From an uncultured Eubacteriales bacterium (GTDB taxonomy: Bacteria; Bacillota; Clostridia; Oscillospirales; Oscillospiraceae), in the NCBI GenBank assembly GCA_900320595.1, contig ONSW01000001.1, positions 28,560 through 92,559 of the forward strand: a stretch of DNA of 64,000 nt. The letters are read 5' to 3'. The translations under genes and the position numbers were made by a program. The notes beneath the pieces are model-generated. The model was not told the origin of the DNA, ran no database searches, and saw only the letters and a program-made list of their open reading frames with translations. This document shows positions 18,194-27,690 of this stretch, piece after piece; the stretch's first letter is position 1; the number at the start of each line of letters is the position of its first letter.

Positions 18194-18652
18194 TCACACC
18201 GTCAGATCGTTTTCCGACTTGATCGCCGTGGCCTCTTCGATCACGTTTTTCACCACGCGCAGACAAAGTCCGAGCAGCGCGGCTGTGAAGGCAAGCACAA
18301 GAGCGACAAGATAGTACCAGGTCATGCCGAGAAAGACGAGTGCGATCGCGCAAGCACACCAGCTGACGCCGCGTATGCAGGAAACAGCCTTTGCGGTAAA
18401 GACACTGCCGACACGGACAAGAAGCAGAAGCCGGATCAGCGTCAGGGCGGCGAGCAGCGCAAAGAACAGGATCAGGTAGCCCGAGACCAGAATGACGATC
18501 CCGTCGCGCAGAGCGAGTGGACGCAGCGCAGCCGATGCGATCAGCTGCACAAAGTCCGGCAGAATAAAGGCCGAAGCAAGCAGAACAGCACAGAACAGCG
18601 CTGTCAGAACGATCGAAACAGTGACAGATGCGTTTTTGGATATCCGAAGCAT
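18194..18652 (-). CDS. DUF2975-like 4-TM membrane protein
   Basis: Start trimmed to MLRISKNASVTVSIVL (ATG 18652). Four TM helices, and the usual position upstream of a YozG-type HTH gene. Confidence 0.7.
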   Translation of the reverse strand: MLRISKNASVTVSIVLTALFCAVLLASAFILPDFVQLIASAALRPLALRDGIVILVSGYLILFFALLAALTLIRLLLLVRVGSVFTAKAVSCIRGVSWCACAIALVFLGMTWYYLVALVLAFTAALLGLCLRVVKNVIEEATAIKSENDLTV

Positions 18653-18754
18653 AAAACCATCCTCCTTTTGCATGCAAGATGAGCATACCACGATTATTAT
18701 CGTAAGTCAACTAAAATTTATCGAAAAACGATAAAAACGTCTTTCTTGAACTAC

Positions 18755-18814
18755 TTGACAATCAGGAAGAAAGGCGTATAATATGGATTGAACAATTGAA
18801 CGTTTGTTCATATG
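18755..18814 (+). promoter_or_regulatory. promoter plus ArsR/SmtB-type operator of the metal-efflux operon
   Basis: TTGACA (18755-18760), 16-nt spacer, TATAAT (18777-18782). An imperfect inverted repeat CAATTGAACG-tt-TGTTCATATG (about 18793-18814) has a TGAACA/TGTTCA core like the SmtB/CzrA 12-2-12 boxes. Confidence 0.55.
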
Positions 18815-18837
18815 ACTGAATTGCGGAGGATGTCATC

Positions 18838-19056
18838 ATGAAAAAGAGCTACAAAATCGAAGTGGACTGCGCCAACTGCGCCCAGAAGATGGAGGATGCC
18901 GCCCAAAAGACCGAGGGCGTGAAAGACGCTGTGGTCAATTTCATGGCGCTGAAGATGACGGTCGAATTTGAAGAAGGCGCCGACGTCAAGGAGACGATGC
19001 AGCGCGTTCTGAAGAACTGCCGCAAGGTGGAGAGCGACTGCGAGATCGAATTCTGA
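18838..19056 (+). CDS. stand-alone heavy-metal-associated (HMA) domain protein
   Basis: 72 aa with a ferredoxin-like HMA pattern and metal motif VDCANCAQK. It lies 27 nt upstream of the ATPase, which has its own GGGAGG RBS. Confidence 0.85.
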   Translation: MKKSYKIEVDCANCAQKMEDAAQKTEGVKDAVVNFMALKMTVEFEEGADVKETMQRVLKNCRKVESDCEIEF

Positions 19057-19083
19057 AAAAGAGAGATACGGGAGGCGAGCGGA

Positions 19084-20952
19084 ATGACAAAGAAACAGAA
19101 AAAAATGCTGTGGCGTATTCTGGCCGCCGCGGCGCTTGTCGCTGTGCTGCTTTTCCTTCCCATAGAGGGCTGGCTGCGCTTTGCGCTCTTTATGGTGCCG
19201 TATCTGATCGTCGGCTACGATATTCTGATCAAGGCCTTCAAGGGGATCCGGAACGGCCAGCCGTTTGACGAAAACTTTTTGATGGCGATCGCCACGGTCG
19301 GCGCGATCACGCTCGGAGAATATACCGAGGGCGTCGCGGTCATGCTGTTTTATCAGATCGGCGAGTTGTTTCAAAGCTATGCCGTCGGCAAGAGCCGCCG
19401 CAGCATCAGCGCGCTGATGGACATCCGACCCGATTGCGCCAATCTCCTCGGCGAGGACGGCGCGATCAGCGAGGTCGATCCCGACGAGGTCGCGGTCGGT
19501 TCGGTGATCCTGGTGCGGCCCGGCGAAAAGATCCCGATCGACGGCGTGATCGTCAAGGGCGAGACCTCGCTCGATACGGCCGCGCTTACGGGCGAGAGCA
19601 TCCCGCGCGAGGCCAAAGAGGGCAGCGAGGTCATCAGCGGCTGCATCAATCTGTCCGGCGCCGTGCAGATCCGCACGACAAAGGAATTCGGCGAGTCGAC
19701 GGTCTCGAAGATCCTGGACCTTGTTGAGAACGCGACCTCGCGGAAATCAAAGTCTGAAAACTTCATTTCCAAATTCGCGCGTATATACACGCCTGTCGTG
19801 TGCTTCAGCGCGCTTGCGCTGGCACTGCTGCCGCCGCTTGTGAACGTATTGCTCGGTCATTCGGCGCAGTTTTCAACCTGGCTCTACCGCGCGCTGACCT
19901 TCCTGGTCATTTCGTGCCCGTGTGCGCTGGTCATATCCATCCCGCTCAGCTTTTTTGCCGGGATCGGCGGCGCGAGCGCCCAGGGGATCCTGATTAAGGG
20001 CTCGAACTATCTCGAGACGCTCTCTGAGGTGCGGACGGTGGTCATGGATAAGACCGGCACGCTGACAAAAGGGAGCTTTGAGGTCAGCGGCGTGCATCAT
20101 TCGCCGCTTGAGGACCGGGAGCTGATTGAATACGCGGCGCATGCCGAGGCCTATTCGACCCATCCGATCAGCCGCAGTCTGGTCGCGGCCTATGGGAAAG
20201 AGCCGGATACCGAGCGTGTATCCGACGTGCATGAGATCAGCGGCAAGGGCGTGATCGCGCGCGTAGACGGAAAAGAGGTCGCTGTCGGCAACGACAAGCT
20301 GATGCGCGATGTCGGATGCGAGAGCGTTGAATGCCGCAGCGTCGGCACGATCGTGCATGTTGCGATCGACGGAGCATACGCCGGGCATATCCTCATCTGC
20401 GACGTCGTGAAGGACGGCGCGAAGGAAGCGATCGACGCGATGCGCCGCGCAGGCGTAAAAAAAACCGTGATGCTCACCGGCGATATCCGCGCGGTGGGCG
20501 AGGATGTGGCGAACCGGCTTGGGCTTGACGCGGTGAAGAGCGAGCTGCTGCCGGGCGACAAGGTGAGCGCGCTTGAGGAGCTGCTTGAACAGTGCGCGCC
20601 TGGCGAGAAGCTGGCCTTCGTTGGCGACGGCATCAACGACGCGCCGGTGCTCTCACGAGCGGACATCGGGATCGCCATGGGCGCGCTCGGCTCGGACGCG
20701 GCCATCGAGGCGGCGGACGTCGTGCTGATGGACGACGACCCGGGAAAGATCGCCAAGGCGATCGGGATCTCGCGCAAGTGCCTGCGGATCGTCAAGGAAA
20801 ATATTTATTTTGCCATCGGCGTGAAGCTGATCTGTCTTGTGCTCGGCGCACTCGGACTTGCGGGTATGTGGAGCGCGATCTTCGCTGACGTAGGCGTAAT
20901 GGTGCTCGCGGTGCTCAACGCGGTGCGCGCGCTGAAAGTCAAAGGGATGTGA
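19084..20952 (+). CDS. cadA: heavy-metal (Cd/Zn/Co-type) translocating P1B-type ATPase lacking an N-terminal HMA domain
   Basis: CPC in TM6 (VISCPCALVISIP), phosphorylation site DKTGTLT, and hinge VGDGINDAP. Confidence 0.9.
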   Translation: MTKKQKKMLWRILAAAALVAVLLFLPIEGWLRFALFMVPYLIVGYDILIKAFKGIRNGQPFDENFLMAIATVGAITLGEYTEGVAVMLFYQIGELFQSYAVGKSRRSISALMDIRPDCANLLGEDGAISEVDPDEVAVGSVILVRPGEKIPIDGVIVKGETSLDTAALTGESIPREAKEGSEVISGCINLSGAVQIRTTKEFGESTVSKILDLVENATSRKSKSENFISKFARIYTPVVCFSALALALLPPLVNVLLGHSAQFSTWLYRALTFLVISCPCALVISIPLSFFAGIGGASAQGILIKGSNYLETLSEVRTVVMDKTGTLTKGSFEVSGVHHSPLEDRELIEYAAHAEAYSTHPISRSLVAAYGKEPDTERVSDVHEISGKGVIARVDGKEVAVGNDKLMRDVGCESVECRSVGTIVHVAIDGAYAGHILICDVVKDGAKEAIDAMRRAGVKKTVMLTGDIRAVGEDVANRLGLDAVKSELLPGDKVSALEELLEQCAPGEKLAFVGDGINDAPVLSRADIGIAMGALGSDAAIEAADVVLMDDDPGKIAKAIGISRKCLRIVKENIYFAIGVKLICLVLGALGLAGMWSAIFADVGVMVLAVLNAVRALKVKGM

Positions 20953-21006
20953 GGGGCTTTTCAACCGGCGAAAAATACGGTATAATCAAATAAGAAAACA
21001 ATTGAG

Positions 21007-21378
21007 GTGAGAGAAGTGCAGGAAAAACAGTTTGCCGAATGCTGCGAGAGCAGGGAAGTGCACGAGGATCTGCTGCGGCTGGTAAGCGAGCAGCTTCCGT
21101 CCGACGAGGACCTGATGGATCTCGCGGAGCTGTTCAAGATCTTCGGCGATACCACGCGCGTGAGGATCCTGTTCGTCCTGCTGGAGGCGGAGGTCTGTGT
21201 CTGTGATCTGGCCGAGGCACTGAACATGACCCAGTCGGCGATCTCCCATCAGCTTGCGATCTTAAAGCGCAACAAGCTGGTCAAGAGCAGACGCGATGGG
21301 AAGAGCGTTTTCTATTCGCTTGCCGACGATCACGTCCGGACGATCATCAGCCAGGGAATGGATCACATCAGCGAGTAA
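21007..21378 (+). CDS. ArsR/SmtB family metalloregulator (CadC-like)
   Basis: N-terminal CC (FAECCES), alpha3 motif EVCVCDLAEAL, and recognition helix SAISHQLAILK. The track start is GTG 21007; GTG 21016 has better GAGGTG spacing. A TATAAT at 20981-20986 suggests its own promoter. Confidence 0.85.
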   Translation: MREVQEKQFAECCESREVHEDLLRLVSEQLPSDEDLMDLAELFKIFGDTTRVRILFVLLEAEVCVCDLAEALNMTQSAISHQLAILKRNKLVKSRRDGKSVFYSLADDHVRTIISQGMDHISE

Positions 21379-21395
21379 TAAGTTTACATAATATT

Positions 21396-21420
21396 GGCGG
21401 AGCGATTGCTCCGCCGATTT
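21396..21420 (+). terminator. intrinsic terminator (weak T tract)
   Basis: GGCGGAGC gatt GCTCCGCC followed by GATTTGTTGTTT. Confidence 0.5.
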
Positions 21421-21436
21421 GTTGTTTGGGGATCGT

Positions 21437-22780
21437 ATGAAGGAAAAGCTGTATCCAAAGGCTCAGACCGTTATAGTGGGGATCGGACTTGCTGTGCTTG
21501 GCGCGCTGTTCACGGCGTGGCTGTGCGGGGGCCGATACGGTGCGGCGGAGGTGATCGCGGCGCTTCTTTGCGCTGCGCTGTTTGCCGCGGTTTGTCTGCG
21601 TTTTGTACCGGCGTGGTTTTCCCTCTGGTTTGAGCGGCGCGGCAAGAAAAAAGCACCCAACGATAAGGGGCGGCTGTCTTCGCCGCAGCTGTTTGCCATC
21701 GCTCTTGCCTGGGCAGGCGTGAATTACCTTTCCGTCTGGCTGGTACTTCGTTATGTAAACCGAGATCTCACGACCGGAGAGTTCCTGCAGTTCTGGAAAT
21801 CGGCCGATGCGTTCCACTATCTCTGCATCGCGCGGGACTGGTATCTGTCGGAGGGAGAGCTGGACCGGGTTGTACAGCTCGTCTTTCTGCCGGGCTATCC
21901 GATCGCGGTTAGATTTGCCGCGCTCCTGGTCCGGGACTATATTCTCTCCGGCTTGCTGGTATCGACACTCTGCTTTGCGGGAGCGCTTTGCGTGTTTTAC
22001 CGATATGTTCAGGCGGAATACGGCGGCAGCGCTGCGGAGAGGGCGGTCGTTTTCCTCTGTCTGACACCGGGAGCCTTTTTCTTCTTCGCTCCGATGAGCG
22101 AGAGCTTGTTCCTGCTTCTTTCTGCGGCTTGCCTGCTTGCACTGCAAAAGCGGCGGTGGCTTCTTGCCGGGCTGTTCGGAGCGCTCGCTTCCTTTACGCG
22201 CTCACTGGGGCTGATGCTGTTCGTGCCGCTCTTTATGGAATGGATCGGAGAACTGCTGCACGGGAAAAAGAATCATGCGCGTGCCGTTGCGGCGCTGCTC
22301 CTGGTGCCGCTGGGCTTTGGCGCCTACCTTCTGGTCAATTATCTCGTTGCCGGCGATCCGTTTCAGTTTATGATCTATCAGCGGGAGCACTGGTATCAGA
22401 GTCTTGGGCTGTTCTTCAGCACGGCTGCCTACCAGACGCGCTATGCCATGTCCGCCGCGGCAAAAGGAAACTACGAGTCGCTGATGGGTTTGTGGCTGCC
22501 GAATCTCACGGCTGTGTTCGGCGCGCTTGCGATCCTGTTCTTCGGGGCAAAAAGGCTGCGTGCAAGCGAGACGGCCTGGGCGATCGCGTATTATGTGATC
22601 GCGATCGGCGCGACGTGGCTTTTAAGCGCGCCGCGCTATATGGCGGTACTGCTGCCGCTGCCGATCACGATGGGGCTCGTCAGCGAAAAAAGAGGTGTGC
22701 GCGTTGCGCTCTATACGCTTTTTGCGTTTGGCAGCGCGTATTATCTCGTGATGTTCGCCCTGCGTCGAAGCGTCTGGTAA
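21437..22780 (+). CDS. polytopic membrane glycosyltransferase-like protein (GT-C / PIG-V mannosyltransferase-like)
   Basis: Start trimmed to MKEKLYPKAQTV (ATG 21437). More than 10 hydrophobic helices. The family assignment is by overall resemblance only. Confidence 0.55.
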   Translation: MKEKLYPKAQTVIVGIGLAVLGALFTAWLCGGRYGAAEVIAALLCAALFAAVCLRFVPAWFSLWFERRGKKKAPNDKGRLSSPQLFAIALAWAGVNYLSVWLVLRYVNRDLTTGEFLQFWKSADAFHYLCIARDWYLSEGELDRVVQLVFLPGYPIAVRFAALLVRDYILSGLLVSTLCFAGALCVFYRYVQAEYGGSAAERAVVFLCLTPGAFFFFAPMSESLFLLLSAACLLALQKRRWLLAGLFGALASFTRSLGLMLFVPLFMEWIGELLHGKKNHARAVAALLLVPLGFGAYLLVNYLVAGDPFQFMIYQREHWYQSLGLFFSTAAYQTRYAMSAAAKGNYESLMGLWLPNLTAVFGALAILFFGAKRLRASETAWAIAYYVIAIGATWLLSAPRYMAVLLPLPITMGLVSEKRGVRVALYTLFAFGSAYYLVMFALRRSVW

Positions 22781-22792
22781 GACAGCGTGCGG

Positions 22793-22821
22793 TTGACAAC
22801 TGCTGCGGCAAGGAATAAAAT
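22793..22821 (+). promoter_or_regulatory. sigma-A-type promoter of gltS
   Basis: TTGACA, 17-nt spacer, TAAAAT. Confidence 0.55.
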
Positions 22822-22866
22822 ACAACCATATTATTTAAAAATTTGAAGAAAAATGGAAGTGGTTAC

Positions 22867-24288
22867 ATGACCGGTCAGATGAGCTTTTGGGACGCGGAGG
22901 TATGGTCGTTTGTCGTGACGCTCGCCGTCCTTTTCGGCGCGATGCTGCTGGCAAACGCGCTGCGCCGCCAGATCCCGTTCCTGCGCCGCAGTCTGATCCC
23001 CAGCTCGGTGCTCGGCGGCTTTCTGGTGCTGGCGGCGGATGCGGCCTTTAAGGCGATCTTCGGACATTCGATGTTCGTGACCTCCACGCTCGAGGCGCTG
23101 ACTTTCCACGGTCTCGGACTCGGCTTTGTGGCGATGGCGCTGCGGCACACGGAAAAGATCGGCGGCAAAAAGGCGCGGCGCGACGTGTTTGCGACGAGCA
23201 CGGTCGTCGTCGGATCTTACCTGCTGCAGGCTCTGCTGGGACTTGTCATTACGGTCGTGCTGTTTTATGCGATCGGCAGCTATGCCGCGGGCGGCGTGCT
23301 GCTCCCGATGGGCTACGGGCAGGGACCCGGACAGGCCTATAACTGGGGCAGCATCTATCAGAACTATACCGAGTATCCCTCCTTTACCAACGGCGCGAGC
23401 TTTGGTCTTACGATCGCGGCGATGGGCTTTGTGTCCGCGTCGGTCGGCGGCGTGTACTATCTCAACAGGCTCCGCCGCGCCGGAGACAAGCGCGCGCAGA
23501 TCGAAAACGCCGACGAGATCGAGGATCTCTCCGCCGAGATGGTCACGGGCAAGGACGAGATCCCGCTGTCAGAGTCGCTGGACAAGCTGTCTGTCGAGCT
23601 GGGGCTGGTGTTCGTGTCCTATTTCCTTGCCTATGGGGCGATGGCCGGCGTGACCGTGCTGCTCGACCGCGCGGGCGGCTTTGCCATCAACACCGTCAAG
23701 CCGCTGATCTGGGGTTTTAACTTCCTGATCGGAACGGTCTTCGCCATTCTTGTTCGGACGTGCCTGGAAAAGGGAAAGAAAAGCGGCGTCGTCAAGCGGG
23801 AGTATATCAACAACTTCATGTTGAACCGCATCTCCGGCACGATGTTTGATATCATGGTCGTAGCCTCGATCGCGGCGATCAACCTCTCCGCCTTCCGCTA
23901 TAAAGAGTTCTGGATCCCGCTGATCCTGCTCTGCACGCTCGGCGCGGCGGCGACTTATTTCTACAATCTGCGCATCAGCCGCGCGCTGTTCCCGGACTAT
24001 GCCGACGAGGCCTTCCTTTCGCTTTACGGCATGCTGACCGGAACGGCCAGCACGGGCGTGATCCTGCTGCGCGAGATCGACCCGCTCTATGAGACGCCGG
24101 CCTCGCACAATCTGATCTATCAGAATCTCTGGGCCATCGTGCTCGGCGCGCCGATGCTTCTGCTGCTTGGCTTTGTTGCGCGGAGCATGAGCTGGACGCT
24201 GATCGGCATGGGCATCATCGCCGTGCTGCTTGTGATCATGCTGCTGATCCAGCTGATTTTGATCCGGCGGGCAAAGAAACAAAAATAA
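22867..24288 (+). CDS. gltS: sodium/glutamate symporter
   Basis: I prefer ATG 22867 (MTGQMSFWDAEVWSF); the track start at 22843 is a TTG. The polytopic GltS-family pattern is present (LANALRRQIPFLRRSLIPSSVLGG). Confidence 0.8.
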   Translation: MTGQMSFWDAEVWSFVVTLAVLFGAMLLANALRRQIPFLRRSLIPSSVLGGFLVLAADAAFKAIFGHSMFVTSTLEALTFHGLGLGFVAMALRHTEKIGGKKARRDVFATSTVVVGSYLLQALLGLVITVVLFYAIGSYAAGGVLLPMGYGQGPGQAYNWGSIYQNYTEYPSFTNGASFGLTIAAMGFVSASVGGVYYLNRLRRAGDKRAQIENADEIEDLSAEMVTGKDEIPLSESLDKLSVELGLVFVSYFLAYGAMAGVTVLLDRAGGFAINTVKPLIWGFNFLIGTVFAILVRTCLEKGKKSGVVKREYINNFMLNRISGTMFDIMVVASIAAINLSAFRYKEFWIPLILLCTLGAAATYFYNLRISRALFPDYADEAFLSLYGMLTGTASTGVILLREIDPLYETPASHNLIYQNLWAIVLGAPMLLLLGFVARSMSWTLIGMGIIAVLLVIMLLIQLILIRRAKKQK

Positions 24289-24294
24289 AAAGAT

Positions 24295-24330
24295 GACATC
24301 CGTCCGAATACCGGACGGATGTCTTTATTT
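24295..24330. terminator. bidirectional intrinsic terminator
   Basis: 12-bp stem GACATCCGTCCG / CGGACGGATGTC flanked by A- and T-rich runs, between convergent gltS and the pseudouridine synthase gene. Confidence 0.8.
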
Positions 24331-25296
24331 GATCGTATAATCGGGGAAGTATTTTTCAACGAAATCGACCTTGTCTACGCGAAACTCGCGGCCTTTGAGA
24401 TAATTGAGGATACCGGCATCGGTGGGGAAGTCGAAAACAAGGCGATAGGAATAGAGCGCCTGTCCCTTTTCGTCATAGCCCTTGTTGAAGCGCTCGCTGC
24501 CGTATTTGCCGTCGCCCAGCAGCGGCCAGCCCGCATGCGCCATCTGCGCGCGGATCTGGTGCGTGCGCCCGGTCAGCAGGTGACACTCGACGAGCGAGAG
24601 CCTGCCGGAAGAGCAGAGCACACGGTATTCTGTAACGGCTGTCTTGGCGCCGGGCTCGCTTTTTTGCTTGACGTATACCTGGTTTTTGACGGCGTCCTTG
24701 AAAAGATAATCCTCTAGTCTGCCGGAAGCGGGCTTGGGCCGCCCCTGGACGGCGCAGAGATAGTATTTGTCGATCTCACGGTCGCGGATCTTATCGTTCA
24801 GGATCCGCAGCGCCTCGGCATTTTTCGCGGCGATGACGATGCCGCCGGTGTTGCGGTCGATCCGGTTGCAGAGCGCGGGGGCAAAGGCGTTTTCCTCGCG
24901 CGGCTTCCATTCTCCCTTCTGGGCGAGATAGGCTTGAATGTTCGCGATCAGCGTGTTATAATCCCAAACGCCGGCGCTGTGACACAAAACGCCGGGCTTT
25001 TTATCGGCCAGGAGGATGTTCTCGTCCTCATAAACGATGTCGAGCCGGGGCGTGCCGACCTTGAGATAGGAATTTTCCTCGCGCGGCTGCTCGAAAAATT
25101 CATCGTTGATGTAGAGCTGGAGGGCGTCTCCTTCCTGCAGGCGCGTGTCGCGCTTGGCGCCCTTCGCGTTCAGCTTGATGCGCTTGAGACGGATGTATTT
25201 CTGTAAAAGAGACTCCGGCAGCAGCGGTACGGCCTTGGACACGAAACGGTCCAGACGCTGTCCGGCGTCGTTCTTTTTGACATGCAGCTCTTTCAT
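24325..25296 (-). CDS. RluA family pseudouridine synthase with N-terminal S4 domain
   Basis: Start trimmed to MKELHVKKNDAGQRLDRF (ATG 25296). Catalytic-Asp motif CNRIDRNTGGIVIAAK, and GRTHQIRAQMAHAG. Confidence 0.85.
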   Translation of the reverse strand: MKELHVKKNDAGQRLDRFVSKAVPLLPESLLQKYIRLKRIKLNAKGAKRDTRLQEGDALQLYINDEFFEQPREENSYLKVGTPRLDIVYEDENILLADKKPGVLCHSAGVWDYNTLIANIQAYLAQKGEWKPREENAFAPALCNRIDRNTGGIVIAAKNAEALRILNDKIRDREIDKYYLCAVQGRPKPASGRLEDYLFKDAVKNQVYVKQKSEPGAKTAVTEYRVLCSSGRLSLVECHLLTGRTHQIRAQMAHAGWPLLGDGKYGSERFNKGYDEKGQALYSYRLVFDFPTDAGILNYLKGREFRVDKVDFVEKYFPDYTIK

Positions 25297-25354
25297 GGCT
25301 CCTCCCTCCCTGATTTTTTTTCGGCTTTTGTGATTATACAATATAAAATTATGG

Positions 25355-25383
25355 TTGACAAGTCTTGAACTCTCAACTATAAT
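25355..25383 (+). promoter_or_regulatory. consensus sigma-A promoter of yceD-rpmF
   Basis: TTGACA, 17-nt spacer, TATAAT. Confidence 0.6.
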
Positions 25384-25449
25384 ATCAAGGCTGACGTTCC
25401 CACATATTGTATGCGGGAGGGGAGGCAGGCGGCCAAGCGAGGTGCTTTT

Positions 25450-25947
25450 ATGAAACTGAATCTGCGTGAGATCATTGAGATCCCCGGCAGCAGCGTTCCC
25501 TTTTCGTGCGAACTGGAAACCGAGGGGCTTGACTTTCCCTCGATTGTGCGTTACGAAACGGCGCCGTATGCTGTGGGACGGGTGCTCAACGAGGCGGGCG
25601 TCCTTCGGATGGAGGGCGAGATCAAAACCGAACTCATGTGCGTATGCGACCGCTGCGCAGGCGAATTTGAATGCACCAAAACAACACCGCTCTCCGCGGT
25701 TATCGTCGAGAAAAACGAGGATAACGCCGACGATCCCGAGCTGTTCTTCCTAGACGGCGACGAGATCGACCTGGATGAGATGCTCTCCACGCTGTTTATC
25801 CTGGACATGGACACCAAGTTCCTCTGCCGGGAAGACTGCAAGGGGCTCTGCCCCCGCTGCGGAAAGAATCTCAATCTCGGGCCCTGCGGCTGCGGAAAAG
25901 AACTTGATCCAAGATTTGCTGTGCTTGAGCAGCTTTTGGATACATGA
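25450..25947 (+). CDS. YceD family (DUF177) ribosome-maturation protein
   Basis: Start trimmed to MKLNLREIIE (ATG 25450). C-terminal CREDCKGLCPRCGKNLN, and the canonical position before rpmF. Confidence 0.85.
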   Translation: MKLNLREIIEIPGSSVPFSCELETEGLDFPSIVRYETAPYAVGRVLNEAGVLRMEGEIKTELMCVCDRCAGEFECTKTTPLSAVIVEKNEDNADDPELFFLDGDEIDLDEMLSTLFILDMDTKFLCREDCKGLCPRCGKNLNLGPCGCGKELDPRFAVLEQLLDT

Positions 25948-26005
25948 CCTAAGCGACTATAAAACAGAGCTGCTCATAAACAGCTTATCAGCAGGAGGTG
26001 TCAAC

Positions 26006-26194
26006 ATGGCAGTCCCGAAAGGAAAGGTATCGCGTCAGAGACGTGATAAGAGACGTTCTTCCACTTGGAAGCTCACGCCCCCCAGCATCGTTAAGTGCCC
26101 CAACTGCGGCGCTTTCTGCATGCCTCATCGTGCGTGCAAGGCCTGCGGCCAGTACAAGGGCCGTACGGTCATCAATGTTGAGGAAAGCAAGTAA
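26006..26194 (+). CDS. rpmF: 50S ribosomal protein L32
   Basis: MAVPKGKVSRQRRDKRRSSTWKL...CPNCG..CKACG, with AGGAGG RBS. The longer track ORF 25775..26194 is an upstream extension. Confidence 0.95.
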   Translation: MAVPKGKVSRQRRDKRRSSTWKLTPPSIVKCPNCGAFCMPHRACKACGQYKGRTVINVEESK

Positions 26195-26206
26195 TTGATG
26201 TGTAAA

Positions 26207-26235
26207 ACGAGGAGAGGGTGACCTTTCCTCGTTTT
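26207..26235 (+). terminator. intrinsic terminator after rpmF
   Basis: 11-bp stem ACGAGGAGAGG / CCTTTCCTCGT with a GTGA loop, followed by TTTT. Confidence 0.7.
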
Positions 26236-26253
26236 GCATAAATAAGCAATCGG

Positions 26254-27675
26254 ATGCCATGCGCCTTCGGCTCATGGACGAGTGCTCTTTTCCGGGAGAA
26301 GGTGAGGACGACGCAAAATCAGATCAAGTCGATCGACAATAACAGCCCGCTGCGCGGCCGTGCCGCCGTGGGCGACAGTCTGGTGTCGATCAACGGCAAT
26401 AAGATCGTCGACGTGCTGGACTATAAGTTCTTTGCGTACGACAGCGTGTTGAAGGTCGTGCTGCGCCGCCCGGACGGAACAGAGTACAAGCTGACGATCA
26501 AAAAGGCTGAGGGCGGCGATCTGGGGCTTGAATTTGAAAGCTATCTGATGGATCGCGCGCGCTCGTGCGCCAACAACTGCGTCTTCTGCTTCATCGACCA
26601 GCTCCCAAAGGGCATGCGCCCAACCATGTATTTCAAGGACGACGACGCGCGGCTGAGCTTTCTTCTCGGCAATTACATCACGCTGACCAATCTCTCACGG
26701 CGCGAGATCCAGCGCATCATCGACCTGCACATCAGCCCGATCAACGTATCGGTCCACACCACCGATCCGGCGCTGCGCTGCGAAATGCTGCGCAATCCCC
26801 GCGCGGGAGAGACGATCGAGACGATGCGGCGCTTTGCCGCGGGCGGGATCGTGATGAACTGCCAGATCGTCTGCTGTCCCGGCTTGAACGACGGGGAAGC
26901 GCTTGAGAGAACGATGCGCGATCTCGAGGCGATGTATCCCGGCGTACACAGCGTTTCGATCGTGCCGGTGGGGCTGACAAAGTTCCGCGAAGGGCTTTAT
27001 CCGCTCACGCCTTTCACGCCGGAGCATGCCGCCGAGACGATCGCCCAAGTGACGGCTTTCGGCGACCGCTGCGTGGAAAAGCACGGCACGCGGATCTTCT
27101 TCTGCGGCGACGAGATGTATCTCAAGGCGGGGATCGAGCTGCCGGAGGACGAGTTTTACGAGGAGCATACCCAGCTGGAAAACGGCGTGGGGATGATCCG
27201 GCTTTTAGAGACGGAATTCCGTTCGGCGCTCAAGCTGTCCGACGGGGTGGACGGCGTGCCGTTCTCCATCGCCTGCGGGACCTCGGTGGCGCCGTTCTTC
27301 CGCAAGCTTGTCGCGCTGGCAAAGGAGCGATATCCGGAGCTGGATGGCGAGGTATACGGGATCGTAAATGACTTTTTCGGCCACAGCATCAATGTCTCCG
27401 GCCTCGTGACCGGCGGCGATCTGATCGCCCAGCTCAAAGGCAAGAGGCTTGGCAAACGACTTTTTATTTCGCAGAACATGCTGCGCCGCGAGGAAATGGA
27501 TTTCCTCGACGGCGTCAAGCTTTCCGAGGCCGTTGAGGCGCTCGGGCTTCCGATCTACCCGATCGAGCAGGACGGCTTTGCGCTCTTCGACGCGATCGCG
27601 GGCGAACTGCCCGCGGTAAGGCAGCCTGCCGAGGGGAAAGCGGAGGAATATTATCAATACAATCAAAACGGATAA
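26254..27675 (+). CDS. DUF512 radical-SAM protein with N-terminal PDZ-like domain
   Basis: CANNCVFC cluster motif. PDZ-like GDSLVSINGNKI. The start is uncertain: ATG 26254 or GTG 26302. Confidence 0.8.
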   Translation: MPCAFGSWTSALFREKVRTTQNQIKSIDNNSPLRGRAAVGDSLVSINGNKIVDVLDYKFFAYDSVLKVVLRRPDGTEYKLTIKKAEGGDLGLEFESYLMDRARSCANNCVFCFIDQLPKGMRPTMYFKDDDARLSFLLGNYITLTNLSRREIQRIIDLHISPINVSVHTTDPALRCEMLRNPRAGETIETMRRFAAGGIVMNCQIVCCPGLNDGEALERTMRDLEAMYPGVHSVSIVPVGLTKFREGLYPLTPFTPEHAAETIAQVTAFGDRCVEKHGTRIFFCGDEMYLKAGIELPEDEFYEEHTQLENGVGMIRLLETEFRSALKLSDGVDGVPFSIACGTSVAPFFRKLVALAKERYPELDGEVYGIVNDFFGHSINVSGLVTGGDLIAQLKGKRLGKRLFISQNMLRREEMDFLDGVKLSEAVEALGLPIYPIEQDGFALFDAIAGELPAVRQPAEGKAEEYYQYNQNG

Positions 27676-27690
27676 GGAGGGGGAAGAAAG

